From positions 9,364,001 to 9,428,000 of the forward strand of contig CM052816.1 of NCBI GenBank assembly GCA_028534125.1: a stretch of DNA of 64,000 nucleotides. Direction: 5' to 3'. The notes under the pieces are model-generated. The model was given only the letters and a program-made list of their open reading frames with translations, was not told where the DNA came from and did not search any database. Shown one piece after another: positions 51,606 to 64,000 of this stretch (positions are counted from its first letter, which is position 1; each line of letters opens with the position of its first letter). The stretch is from Lama glama. Lineage: Eukaryota. A program made the translations under genes and the position numbers.

Positions 51606-52791
51606 TCTGCTGGATTCTTCTTTCTTCAGCGTGACTTTTTAGGCTTTGCAAAACCCTTTCACTCACACACCTCATCAATCTTCAGCAGTTCAATAAGATC
51701 TTCTATAAAAGCCAGAATCCCATAAGACCATAAAACAGATTATTTCATGAAAGTAGAATTTCAGAAGTAAATTGGAATTGATCTACTCTTAGAAATGAAA
51801 AGTATTTGGTCCAGAAGGTTCACTGTTATATTTAAATCAAACAGTGTTTGAAAAAGCAGCAGAAAATCCTGACAAAAGCAGAGTAAGTTTCTCTTCCGTT
51901 TGAGGGTAATGATTCCTTTCTCGTGGGAAAACAGTAGTAACTAGGGGACCCACTGTCTATTTGCTCATCTTTGCGAATGAAGAGGCTGCAAAGCCAGGGG
52001 CCAAGGACCAGAGCAAAGAAATGGTTAGTTGCCTTCTTTTTTCCTTTCTGTTAACTAGAAGCCTCTTCCTTGTAGTATCAGGGCAAGAAGGATGGGCAGG
52101 ATGGTGGTGGGCAAGAAAGGCTATGGCTGGCACAAAATACCCATGGACCAGCAATTCCCTGCCAGCACTTGGGGAAACCTGAGAGTTGACGTCAAATTTC
52201 CTGCAATCTTAGGAAGGATTTGTTTCCAAGAAAACAGTCTATAATGAGTAAGAATGCAGTGTTCTGATCAAATTTGCATGCAGATTGAATAGTGAATCAC
52301 GCCAAGGCTTGTGAGGAAGGTAACAGTTTGTGAGCAGGTGTTCGTTTCACCCAAGTCTTTTAGCAGCTAGGTAAAACTAAATTTGCATATAATAGTCATG
52401 TCTTTTCTCATCTTCAGTAGTTACTAACAGTGACTTTGGCTTACCATTTTTCTTCCCCCTTCAAGGATACATACCTCTAAAGAGAAGCAGGATAAAATTG
52501 CAAATTCTGTTAAAATGTCCTTTCAATTGCTATCTCAGGTTATACTATGAGTTTTTAGGTTTTGGAAAAGTGAGCTTGTGAGCTGAAGCCATTGCCACAG
52601 AATTAATAGGGATAGTCTTAGGTAAGGCCTGGAAAGAGTCCTGTGTGGTCCTAGGTAGATAGTTAAATGAAACACCAAAGGGGAAATATTACCAGTAGAT
52701 ATTCTGCAAACTGAAAAAGCATGGGAATTGATAAGAATGGGTCTTAGGAAACCTAGTTTTTAAGATTTTTAGCTGCTTGTTCTGGGTATCT

Positions 52792-53325
52792 TATGTTAGG
52801 TTTCTGTGTAACCCAATTCCTGCCCCCTTGCAAACTGGTGGCACAAAACACTACCATACATTATGCCTTGGATGTTGGGAGTCAGGAGTCAAGGGAAACT
52901 TGCCTCTGCTTCACAATGTCTAGGACCTGAGCTGGAAACGCCACAGGCTTGAAGTGACTCGACAGCTGGAGTCATCTCAAGGCTTGCTCACATGTGTGTC
53001 TGCAGGTTAATGCTAGCTGTCCATTGGGACCTCAGGGGGAGCTGTTGGCAAGAACATCTCACATGGTTTTTCCATGAGGTCTCCCTGTTTCCTCACAGCA
53101 TGACAGTGGGTTCTAAGAGGATCAGGTGGAAGCTACAACCCTTTTTATGACTTAGCCTAGGAAGTCATGTGACGTCACTTATAGCCACAGTCTCACCCAG
53201 ATTCAAGGAGGAGGAAAGACGGATCCCATCTTTCCGTGGAGCAGTATCTACTTCATATTGAAAGAGGAGTGTGTGGGATGGGATATTTGCTGTGACTATC
53301 TTTGGAAAATATAAGCAGCCATACA
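52792..53325 (-). mobile_element. MLT1H-like MaLR solo LTR
   Basis: cttgcctctgcttcacaatgtctaggacctgagctggaa...ctttggaaaatataagcagccataca. Confidence 0.75.
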
Positions 53326-54230
53326 TTTCTATACCATCAGTCAGTTTCCAGAGTTTAAAACACTTCCATTATTTCTGATGACATATATGATAAAGTTCAG
53401 TATCCTAAGATAGCCCCACATCTAACTCCAGCTTTTCTCTGACCTCACCTCCTATACTCTCTCCCTGCTCTTTGAGCTCCTGTCACACCAGCCTCCTTGC
53501 TGTTCTTCACCACATCAAGCTCTTTCTCACTTGGGAACCTACAGGTATGCTGTTCCCTCTGCCTGGTACACTCTTCCCCTCTTTATAATGTTCTTCCCCA
53601 AGGAGGGACTGAAGCAGGATTATTTTCTGTTTTGGACTTTTTGACCTTGTTTCTGCAAACTGTCAGATTCACATGGTACCAAGCATGTATGCTCTTCATT
53701 GTTCACACCCTTTACCTTGGAACCACTGACCCTGACAGAGGGGTGGGGAGAATGTTAACACTCCAAAAAATGCAACCTCCTTTTTAAACTTCCTGTGCGT
53801 GAGCAGCAGGATGAGGGAAGTGAGCATCTCAAGCCCTGGCAGGCTCAGTCTCACCAGATGCTGGCTGGCTGCTTCTGACATGGGAGATGACAAGTCCCAC
53901 AGGTTTTTGCCTTTTTTTTTTTTTCCAGATGGGGCACTTCAGGTGGAACTCACATGCCCCAACCTGTGCAAGTAACTGCCTCATCCTAGCAGGGGCAAAG
54001 TAGCTTATGATATGGGAGTGATGGTTTCAACTCAGGCCTCAGTTATCTCTTAGGGACACCTGGGGCCAGAGAGCAGGCCAATTACTTTTACATACACTGA
54101 CGGCATTTTTCCTGGAACCAGTATAATTCCACTGCTTTAAACATTTAAATCCTTCCCTCAAGCAGCAATGTCAATACTGACAATTTCATCTTCTCAGAAG
54201 AAGCACTTTCTTATAATCCAGGAAAAAAAA

Positions 54231-54550
54231 TAGTTATGGCAAACTTTTTCTGGAAAGGGCCAGATAGTAAATATTTCAGTTTCTGCAGTCACTGTCTCAG
54301 TTACTCAGTTCTGCTGCCTGTAGCATGAAAGGAGCCATGGACAGTATGTAAAGGAAGGGCTGTGGCCATGTTGCAGTGGAACTTTATTTATGGGCGCTGA
54401 AATTTATATTTCATATCATCTTCATATGTTATGAACTATTATTATTCTTTTGATTTTTTTCCCCCAACCGTTTAAAAAGTAAAAACCAATCATATCTCAT
54501 GAGCTGTACAAAAACAGGCAGTAGGGCCAGATGAGGCTCACCAGCCCTAG
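54231..54550. mobile_element. MER58B hAT-Charlie MITE
   Basis: ggcaaactttttctggaaagggccagatagtaaatattt...gagctgtacaaaaacaggcagtagggccagat. Confidence 0.88.
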
Positions 54551-54720
54551 CAATTTAACTAATTAACTTGGAGTACTCCAGTTAATAGTTTACATCATCA
54601 GGTCAAATGATTTACCAGGGACTACCTGGCTTGGTGAGAGTGCCTTTTCATTATCTATAGCAAGGTATTCCTCTCCTTTGCTTTGTTAACTATGTTACGC
54701 ATTCTTTCTGTCTCAATCTG

Positions 54721-55940
54721 GTGGTTCTATTTTTAATTTTTTAAAGAACCTCCATACTGCCTCCCAGAATGTCTGTGCCAATTTATGTTCCCACCAATAG
54801 TGCAGAAGAGTTCCCTTTTCTCTGCACCCTCACCAACACTTGTTACCTCATTGTTTCATTGTTGGTCATAGCCATCATCACAGGTGTAAAGTGATGTCTC
54901 ACTGAGCTTTCGATTTACATTTCCCTGGTGACTAGTGATGCTGAGCGCTTTTTCACGTATCTGTTGGTCATCTTTATGTCTTCTTTGGAGAAATGTCTAT
55001 TCAGGTCCTTTATGTTTAAATAATGTCCTTTGTTTATTTGCTATTGAGTTGCTTGAGTTCTTTATAAATTTTGGATATTAACCCCCTATTAGATACGTGG
55101 TTTGCAAATATTTCTCCTGTTCCATAGGCTGCCTTTTCATTTTGTTGATTGTTTCCTTTGCTGTGCAGAAACTTTTTAGTTTGATGTGGTCCCACTTGTA
55201 TAATTTTGCTTTTGTTGCCTGCACTTTTGGTGTCAAATCCAAAAATTATTGCCAAGACTGATGTCAAGTTGCTTAGTACCTGTTTTCTTCTAGGAGTTTT
55301 ATGGTTTCAGGTCTTACTTTGAGGTTTTTAATTGATTTTTGAGTTGATTTTTGTGTATGGTGTGAGATAGTGGTCCAGTTTCATTCTTTGGCATGTGGCT
55401 ATTTTTAAGCCTTACAACAGAAGGAAACCCTTCCATTTGCAACAACATGGATGGACTTGGAGGACATTATACGAAGTGAAATAAGCCCAACATAGAAAGA
55501 CACATACTGTATAATCTCTCTTACATGTAGAATCTAAAATAATTAAATAAATTCAAACTCGAAGAAGCAGAGAGTAGAATGTAGACTGCCAGGGGTTGGA
55601 GGGGGGAGAAACGGAGAGGTGATGGTCAAAGGGTACAAAGTTTCAATTATGCAAGATAAGTTCTGGAGATCCGCTATTCATTAAAGTGTCTGTAGCTAGC
55701 ATTACTGTATTGTATACTTTAAATTTGCTAAGAGGATAGGTATTTATGTTAAATGTTCTTACCACACACACAAAATAATACAAAGAACGGGAGGAAATTT
55801 TGAGCAATGACAGATATGTCTGTGGTTGTAGTGGTGATGGTTTCAAGGGTATATATTTACCACTAAATGCATTGACTTGTATATATTAAATATGTACAGC
55901 TTTTGGCCTCAGTCATATCTTTAAAAAGTGGTTAAAAAAA
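54721..55940 (+). mobile_element. L1MA9-like element with 5' inversion (54721-55402 antisense ORF2 end; 55408-55940 sense 3'UTR)
   Basis: Strand switch at ~55402-55408; candidate TSD tcaatctg (54713-54720) / tcaatgtg (55942-55949). Confidence 0.85.
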
Positions 55941-58479
55941 TTCAATGTGAATTTCAGTTCTTAGAAAAGCCTTTCAAGAACCTTAATTGTAATTAAATTA
56001 TGTTTTCTCATAGAACCCTGTACTTCTTGGCACTTATAATTTACAGTTATGTCTTTATTTGTGAGATCAGCTGATTGCCATCCACCATCCACTGACACCA
56101 TAAAAGTTTGATGAGTTAATGAAATCTGGTTTCCTTTTGTCTGTTTCTGCTTCTGCTTTGAAGTGAAGCAGAACCTCAAAAATCTAATGCTGGAAAAATT
56201 AGACTAACTGTGGAGGCAATAGGAGAATTTCTCAGATCTCAAAGTGGAGGCAGTTAGAATCGAATTTGAGAAGAGTATGAGTTGCAACAGATCATCACTT
56301 CTCATGTTTTGAAAACTTGACCTCTGTTAATTAGGTCATTGTTGCTCCTTGTTCATCCTATTTTGTACTACTTACTGCAGTTGGAATAACCCATTTATTT
56401 GTGTGATCATTTTATTACCATTCGTCTTTCCCCCGTGAGTGGAAGGACTGTGGACATTTTGTCTAAAAATTGTCAAAATAGGAAGACTTTTAAGGCAAAC
56501 ATAGAACTAGGAAACTGAATTAGATAAGATAAATGAGCTGGAAAATGAATCCATTTGTCACATTTATTTGGAACACAGTTTTTGGTCAACTTTATTTTTC
56601 AGCTCTTAATTTTGTCTGGTTCTTATTATTGTCAAGTTAGTTTAACTCTGTCTGATGCTCTGATGGGTTTAAAATATGTTCAACATACTGTTTTAGGGTA
56701 ATGCCAGAGAAAGGCTGAGAATTTATTCATTCACTCAATAAATACTGAAAAAATGCAAGATTACAAAAATACGGTCCTTGCCTTAAAGAAGCGCAATGTA
56801 GAATATACATACCATATCCCTTTCTCATCCCTACCCCATCCTTGGCTTGCTCTTGATTCTATAAATTGGCATTTAGGTCAAATCTGGATTAATCCAGGGA
56901 GCTGGTGACCAACAAGAAAGTTTGCACTGGTTTCTGGGTCCTCTCTGTGCCCGAGACATTAGCATGAGTGAGGGGGACTGTCAGTGTCTTGAATTCTGCG
57001 CAGTCTGAGGATCCCCTTTTTCTGTCCCTGTGCGGAATGAGGCCCCAGCCATAGGATTTGACTGCAACTCTGTGGGGAATCAATCTCCTGCCAGTGAGGT
57101 AAGTGTGAAGGGCACTGGATTGCTAATTAGAAACGTTGGTTCCAACCAGGCTCATCCACAAACTCACTACATAACTTTAGGCAAATTACTTTTCTCCCTT
57201 TGGACCTTAATTTTCTATAAGAACAAGAAAATGAAAAAAATTAGGTAAATGACTTCTAAGATCTTATTCAGGGCTCACATTCTCACTTTCTGCTTATCAT
57301 GATACACATATAGTGAGAAACCACAACCAACTCCAAGATGAATGGTTCTTAGTTTACTAACTGTTCTATTTTGTTAAATATAATTTTTAATGCCTCTGAA
57401 AAAACCAAGTTGAACCCCTTTATCAAGTCTCTGGCTGAAAACAGATGAAGATTAACAGGCTCTATGGTATGAAGTAACAATTGAAATTCTTTCGGGAAAG
57501 GGAAGACTTCACCCTGATTTTGAGGATCCTTTTGAGGGACTTCCCTTTGGAGGAGCCCCAATATGAAAACAGGCAGAAGGAGAGGGTTTTTTTTGTTCAG
57601 AACAGTTAACATTTACTGAGATCTGTTACATGCCAGGCACAGTCCTAATTGCTTTGCATGCATTACCCACGTTTAATCCTCTCTACAACAGTATGCCATT
57701 CAAACAGAAAATTGAAAGAGTTCTAACAGGCCAGCAAGGAGCAGGATTCCTAGCATCAAGATGAAAGTGTTAAAGAAGCAATTAAGAATGCATTTTTATG
57801 AGTTCATGGCTCTGCAGTGAAATATCAGTGTTATTTTATTCACCAAAGACTTTCTTTCCTGGTCCAAAGCCACTAGCTATCCCATGTCACTTCAGCTTAA
57901 ATCCCATGCTTAATTGTAAAAGATAATGGAGAGGAAGGAGTTGGCCTTACTAAAGAGAAAAAGGCCTGAACAAGTAGGTGGAGGGGGAATGTGTGTTTGC
58001 TCCAGATTTATTAGCCCGGGGGATGATTCATAAGTGAAAGAGTAGTTTGGAAGATTGAATTGAGGGAAATGAGCACGAGGATTGTATTCTATGATAAAAT
58101 CACTGTGTTTGTTTGCAGGGGACTCAGAAGCCACATTGTAAGTGGCTGGAAGTGACAGATATAAGCAGATGCAAGAAGTGCCAGTAGGCAAAAGGGGAAG
58201 AGATAAGATGTGGGGTTATCTTGGAAAAAGGTGGAGGCTGCTTCAGGATGAGGAAGGTCCAAGGATGTGTGCAGGAAGGGAGCCAGCGGTGGAGGGAGGG
58301 AGGGAGAAGGGAGAGAAAGCGAGAGAGGGAGCACCCAACCCTCCCTTTAGCTGTTCTGCTTAGGTGTCTCACAGTTTCCTCAAAATCAATATTTTCCACC
58401 TTCTGGGAAAAAAAGTTCAAACCCATTTTATTCTAAACACTGACTTTATCATAGAATAAAATGAAGTTGAATAAGAACC

Positions 58480-59720
58480 ATTTCCCCTCCCCATTTTTTC
58501 CCATCTCGTTAAAAAGCATAACCCATACCTGAAACCTGGGAATCATCCTTGATTCTTCCTTCCCTGACCCCCTACATTTATAAAACAAGATAATTTGAGT
58601 CCGTACCATGTAGCAGAGTGTTCCACATTCTGAGGATCTCATAGAAGCTTTCCGCATGCCAGTACAGGGAGTGAGACAATGCACAAAATAAAAACCGAAG
58701 TGACACAACATGTTAGAAGGTGGAAAGTGCCAAGAAGAACATTAAGGCAGGAAGAGTTGTAAGGATTGCTGGGGTGGGGGCATGCAATTTAAAACAACAT
58801 GGTCATGGAGGGCTCTGTTGAGATTCATTAGAGCGAAGGTAGAAAGAGTTGAGGTAAACCATGAGAATATCCAGACATCCTGGGGAAAATCATTTCAGGC
58901 AAAGGGAACAAAAGAGCTGAGAGCATGGCTTTAATGTTCAAGGACAGCAAGGGGGTGAGTGTGGTTGGAATGGAACAAATGAGTGGGAGTGGAGGGCAGA
59001 GCAGTGAGGTGGGTGCAGATTCTGCAGGATCCTTGGCTTACACTCTAAGCCATAAGAAGAGCCATCAAAGGGTTCAAGCAGAGAAATGGCACAAGAAGTC
59101 CTTTCAAAATATTTCTCAAGCACATCCGTATCTTCCTATCTCTGCCACCACCATCCTCATCTAAACCACCAGCATCTCTTGTTGAACCTCTTGAAAATCT
59201 CATGCCTGGCTTTCACATTTTGTTACTCACCCTGTCAAAACTGCAGCTCTATGCAGCAACCATGTGAGCTTTGGAGTGTATATTGGATTATAACACACTG
59301 TTGCTCATAATGCTTCAGTGACTGAATTCCTCTCACCACACGTAGTCAGTTTCCTTCTTTTGTACCCTCCTCTGGGCCTTGTGAACCTTCTCTCCCTTCC
59401 TCAATCAACTCTCTCTGCCTGGCAGTCCTCCCCCAGGTCTTCATAGACCAGACCCTTCTCATCTTTGATGCCTCTTCCTGAGAGACAGCCATCCCCACTC
59501 TCCCTCAGCTAGTCTCCTTGCTAGTTCCTGCATGTCCCCCGTGCAGTTGGTAAGTCTATTTGTTTGCTTGCTTTTTAAGTTGTCTGTTTCTCCTGCTGGA
59601 CTGTGAAGTCTGTGAGGGAAGAACTCCTCTGGCTCTCTTAGTCATGGTTGTGTCCCCAGAACCTACCATGGTGTCTGACATGTTGCTGGCCACTTGCGAA
59701 AAAAATGAGTGAATAAATGA
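58480..59720. mobile_element. L2 cluster: a sense L2 interrupted by an antisense L2 (~58620-59100)
   Basis: gaaacctgggaatcatccttgattc (+), purine-rich antisense block, then cctttcaaaatatttctc...gagtgaataaatga (+). Confidence 0.65.
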
Positions 59721-59767
59721 CAGAGAGAGGGTCATAGATACAGACCCTGCAGTTACACATATATTTC

Positions 59768-60117
59768 TGTCATAGTCAGTTTGGGCTGCTATAACGGAAT
59801 TTCATAAACTGGGGGGCTTAAACAAGAGATGTTTATTTCTCACAGTTCTGGAGGCTGGGAAGTCCAAGATCAAGGTGCCTGCAGTTCTGGTGTCTGGTGA
59901 GAGTCCCCTTAACTAGTTTGCAGACTGCCATCTTCTCATTCATCCTCACGTGGCTGAGAGAAAAATCATTTCTCTCCTGTTGGTTCTTATAAGGACACAA
60001 ATCCCTTTCATAATGGCTCTACCCTCATGACCTAATTACATCCCAAAGGCCTCACCATCATGGGTTAGGATTTCAACAGATGAATTCTGGGGGGACATAA
60101 ACATTCAGTCCATAACA
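59768..60117 (-). mobile_element. MLT1A0 MaLR solo LTR
   Basis: tgtcatagtcagtttgggctgctataac...cacagttctggaggctgggaagtccaagatcaagg...acattcagtccataaca. Confidence 0.92.
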
Positions 60118-61235
60118 ATATACAAATAAACTGTATGATTAGGATAAAGGAAGTAAGCTTTGAAAGTTAGAAAAAGCCATCATTTCATAAGCTGTCTTAA
60201 ACATTCTCTTAAAAGAAAGGGCAGCAGGTATAATGTGAATACTTAAAGAAGTGACATTCTTTTAAATGATATTTTTAGTGTGTTCATTTCTCTTCTAATT
60301 GTTACTGCATTTATTTTGGTTCCCATGGGAACCTAGAGAGGGACTTTCCCTATTTTTCCCACCCCTATGGGCTTCAGCAAAGGGAAATGGACCATACAGG
60401 ATTGATTCTTCAAGAGCTGCTTCATTATCTGCTGTTCATAGGGGATTGAGGACAACAAGTACTTGCTGAGACTTGCTCAGTGCCAGATGCTGTGCCTGGC
60501 ATTGTGGAAAAGGAGGTGAACAAGATATAGTGCTTACCAGGGAGGTCAGGGGACCTATGCAAGTCATCTCAGTACAGGGTGATAATGCAATGGGCTGTGC
60601 ACAAGGTGTTACGTCGTTAAGGAGAGAAGTCAAGAGCACTTCTGGAGAGTCAGTGCCTAAACTGTGTTTGAAAATTGTCCTGGAGTTAGCCGGAAAAGGG
60701 AGAGGGGGAAGAGTGGGAGGAAATCTCTCATCAGTTGTCAACTATTTTCCTGTTTCAATTTAAAAACATTAAGAAGAGTTGAAACACACAAGGGAAAAAA
60801 ATGAGAGGAATTAAACCTCTGAAAATTAAAAAAATACATTCTACCCATTGCTTATGTCCTGTGCAAAGGATGGATGTGAGTCTAGGTAAAGAAAATTGTG
60901 AACTATATAAGAAAAGGAAATAACTAAATGTTTGTCATGTTAGGTTTTCCTACATCAAAGGAGTCAGGTAGCCACCTTTGGGATATAGTCAATAATCTCA
61001 CGTCAGAGACTACCTTAGAGTCTGTGTGGGGTGGGGAGGGGTGTATCAATCTGAAGGGGCATAAACCTGACTAGGTGACTGTCTGCAACTAGTAGGAAGA
61101 TAATTACCAAGCACCTGATAATGATAATGCTGTCAGGTAGCAGGTGGTAGAATGGGTACCCTGGTTTGTCAAGGACTGGGATTCCAGCAAAACACACCAG
61201 CTATCCTCAGCCATTTAAAAATAAACCAAGTCCTT

Positions 61236-61373
61236 TCTTTTTTTTAACATTTTTTATTGATTTATAATCATTTTACAATGTTGCGTCAAATTCCAGTGTT
61301 CAGCACAATTTTTCAGTCATTCATGGACATATACACACTCATTGTCACATTTTTTTCTCTGTGATTTATCATA
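61236..61373 (-). mobile_element. Young L1 3' end running into the gap
   Basis: poly-T then aacatttttattgatttataatcattttacaatgttgcgtcaaattccagtg, similar to the 48121 copy. Confidence 0.9.
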
Positions 61374-61873
61374 NNNNNNNNNNNNNNNNNNNNNNNNNNN
61401 NNNNNNNNNNNNNNNNNNNNNNNNNNNNNNNNNNNNNNNNNNNNNNNNNNNNNNNNNNNNNNNNNNNNNNNNNNNNNNNNNNNNNNNNNNNNNNNNNNNN
61501 NNNNNNNNNNNNNNNNNNNNNNNNNNNNNNNNNNNNNNNNNNNNNNNNNNNNNNNNNNNNNNNNNNNNNNNNNNNNNNNNNNNNNNNNNNNNNNNNNNNN
61601 NNNNNNNNNNNNNNNNNNNNNNNNNNNNNNNNNNNNNNNNNNNNNNNNNNNNNNNNNNNNNNNNNNNNNNNNNNNNNNNNNNNNNNNNNNNNNNNNNNNN
61701 NNNNNNNNNNNNNNNNNNNNNNNNNNNNNNNNNNNNNNNNNNNNNNNNNNNNNNNNNNNNNNNNNNNNNNNNNNNNNNNNNNNNNNNNNNNNNNNNNNNN
61801 NNNNNNNNNNNNNNNNNNNNNNNNNNNNNNNNNNNNNNNNNNNNNNNNNNNNNNNNNNNNNNNNNNNNNNNNN
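61374..61873. other. Assembly gap (500 N)
   Basis: Run of N. Confidence 1.
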
Positions 61874-62577
61874 TTTTTTTCTGATCATCAAATAAGACTT
61901 ACTCAGTATAGAAAATCTGACAAATACTGAAAAGTGTAAGTGAAAAAGCAAGCATGAACTATGATTCTGCTACCAAGAGACAACAACTTTAGTATTTTGT
62001 GAACTTCTTCATATATTTTTAATCCTGTACCACAGGCATTTCTATAAGTGGGATGCTATTAAATGTGCTGTTAGGCTTTCTACTCTTTTTCTCTTAATAA
62101 TATCTTGTGACTATTTTCCCATATCTTTTAATAATAGTCTGTGAGGCCATGTTTGATTATGTTTGTGTGTGTATACACATGTACACAATGCTTTCTAGTG
62201 ATTTCCTCCATAATTTAAAACTCCCCTTAGACAGAGAACTATTCCAGATTCCTGTATAAAACTAATCCTAAAAAAAAATACATGGTGAAAAAAAACCCAC
62301 TAATCTTTATGTGTGGTAGCCCTAGAGCTCCCACAAATCACGTATTTGGTGTTTCACTCCTTTTACTCTGTGGCTTCTTTGTGACTAATTATATCATCTT
62401 CATTTTTTTTTTACATCAAAGTTTTAAAAAGTCAAATAATGTAGTACTTGTAGGAAGAGTGATAGACATCTGTCTATTTTCCCAACCATCCAAGAATCAG
62501 CTCTCTCCAGAGAAGAGAACTTTTTGTTTGAGTTCATCTATCAGGACTGTTTAATTTTCAAATTACAAAAATACCAG

Positions 62578-63260
62578 CTGTATTGGTCAGGAATAGGTTT
62601 ACTGAATATAATAGAAAATACAAATTAATAGTAGCTTGAACACTTTATCATTTATTTTCTCAGGTTAAAAAAAAACCTGAAGATATGCAGTCAGTCTTTG
62701 CTAGTAAGCTCCACATTCAGTAGGGATCTGGGCTCTGCAAGTATCCTGCTCCCTCATGGCTTCCATTTCCAAAGTTTCAAAATGCTTGCTTCTAAAGCAG
62801 CTTTACCCACACAGCAGGAAGGAGTAAGGAGCAAAAGAAATATGGCATGCTGGATCTGTATTAAGCACCTTGAAGGAGTCTTCCTGGAAATTCCATATGG
62901 CACATCTTTAAATTTCATTGGCCAGAGCTTAGTCATTTATTTGGGATCAGTACACCACTGAATAAAATTGGAGTTTTATTACTCATAAAAGTAGACGAAG
63001 AATATTGTGTAGGTAATCAGAAAACATACATTGCTTTATATAAGTAAATGATTCAAGGGTTATTTATGGCTTCAGGTACAGTTTGATCCAGCTGATAATA
63101 ACATCATCCAGACTTTAGTTCCATTTCTCAGAGATTCTCTAGCTCATCTTACTTATGCATTGTTTTTGCCCCAGACTGGCTCTCCCCAGAATGACAGAGA
63201 TGGGTGGAGCATTTCATGATACGTATCCTTACACCTTACTGTCCAGTGAAGGCTATTTCT
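62578..63260 (-). mobile_element. Two adjacent old MLT1 (J/K-like) LTR remnants
   Basis: tgtattggtcaggaatagg...atttcattggccagagcttagtca; ggcttcaggtacagtttgatccag. Confidence 0.6.
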
Positions 63261-63801
63261 CTACTTCTTTACTTGTGGTTGTTTGTTGACCTCCCAATAT
63301 CACATCCTCAGTTCCTTCTGTGGTCACTTCTGCAACTTTAAATAGCATAATAAAACCATTGCTTATTCCATTAACCACAGAGATGGACATCTCTTGACTC
63401 CTATGTTGTATGATAAGGACATTAAGGTTCCTTCACCCATTCATCACACCTTTCCACTTTTACCTCTCCAACTTTGCCAGTTGTACCTTCATTTATATAA
63501 TGTTGAGATTGAGAAATAGACATTCTGACCATCCTAGTTAAGTCTTCTTAAATGCCTCTGAAAAAAATCTGGGCTGGGGCGGAAAATGATAATTAATGCA
63601 AGCACAGTGAATGAAATGAATAGTGTATGTAGAGAGTGAAAGAAGAGGAAGGGCTTTGACATTTAAGTGTTATCTGGAAAAGGAGCTGGCAAAAGAGACT
63701 GGGATTTTCAAACCTCAAAGAAAGAGAGTCAATGAGCTGGGGGGGTAGCAGAGGTGATGTTGAACTTCGCACCTGGAACAGGGGCTCTTGCTTTAGCATT
63801 C

Positions 63802-63815
63802 CTAGCAGATGGCGC
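63802..63815 (+). promoter_or_regulatory. Candidate CTCF binding site
   Basis: CTAGCAGATGGCGC differs at one position from the core consensus CCASYAGRKGGCRS; CpG retained; unique DNA. Confidence 0.5.
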
Positions 63816-64000
63816 CCAGCCTGTGCTTTGGTACCTACGGTGCTAGATGGCTCCAAATGTTACGACAGTCTTACACCAGGCTGAATTGTTTCTCTGTAAC
63901 ATCCTGGCCCGTTTTGCCTTCTCATGCATCAAAAGTCCAGTCCGATTTTATTGTTTCTCTCTGCATAATAGCTCTTGAAATAGTATGATAGTTAAGTTAC

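Noticed and set aside
61313..61951. Long ORFs of 180-212 aa
   Set aside because: Artefacts of the 500-N gap
1..64000. CRISPR arrays, prokaryotic systems, tRNA/rRNA/snRNA genes, processed pseudogenes
   Set aside because: Mammalian DNA; no regularly spaced repeat-spacer array, RNA gene signature or non-L1 coding homology seen by eye

Overview
Repeat-rich, CpG-depleted, non-coding mammalian DNA (intronic or intergenic) with two 500-N assembly gaps (18338-18837, 61374-61873). I can support no host exon, RNA gene or intact protein-coding gene. The only ORFs with recognisable protein homology are decayed LINE-1 ORF1/ORF2 pieces. The ancient repeats are boreoeutherian (L2, MIR, L3, MLT1 LTRs, MER102, MER45B, MER53, MER58B, MER5A, Tigger2). 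The young L1 3' ends, with no Alu, Bov-tA, PRE1 or CanSINE, look camelid-like; this is recognised by eye, not searched. Best observations: (1) a 5'-complete ~5.05-kb L1 (41454-46503) that lost the whole RT domain and part of EN through two internal deletions, and two more internally deleted L1s; (2) a twin-primed 5'-inverted L1; (3) a possible short 3' transduction; (4) several repair or duplication scars; (5) motif clusters in unique DNA (CRE + 2 octamers + RBPJ at ~52 kb, tandem CTCF-like sites at ~63.8 kb, a CpG/GATA/CCAAT/CACCC patch at ~2.5 kb). I found no convincing previously undescribed biological system. Repeat family names and most boundaries are approximate.
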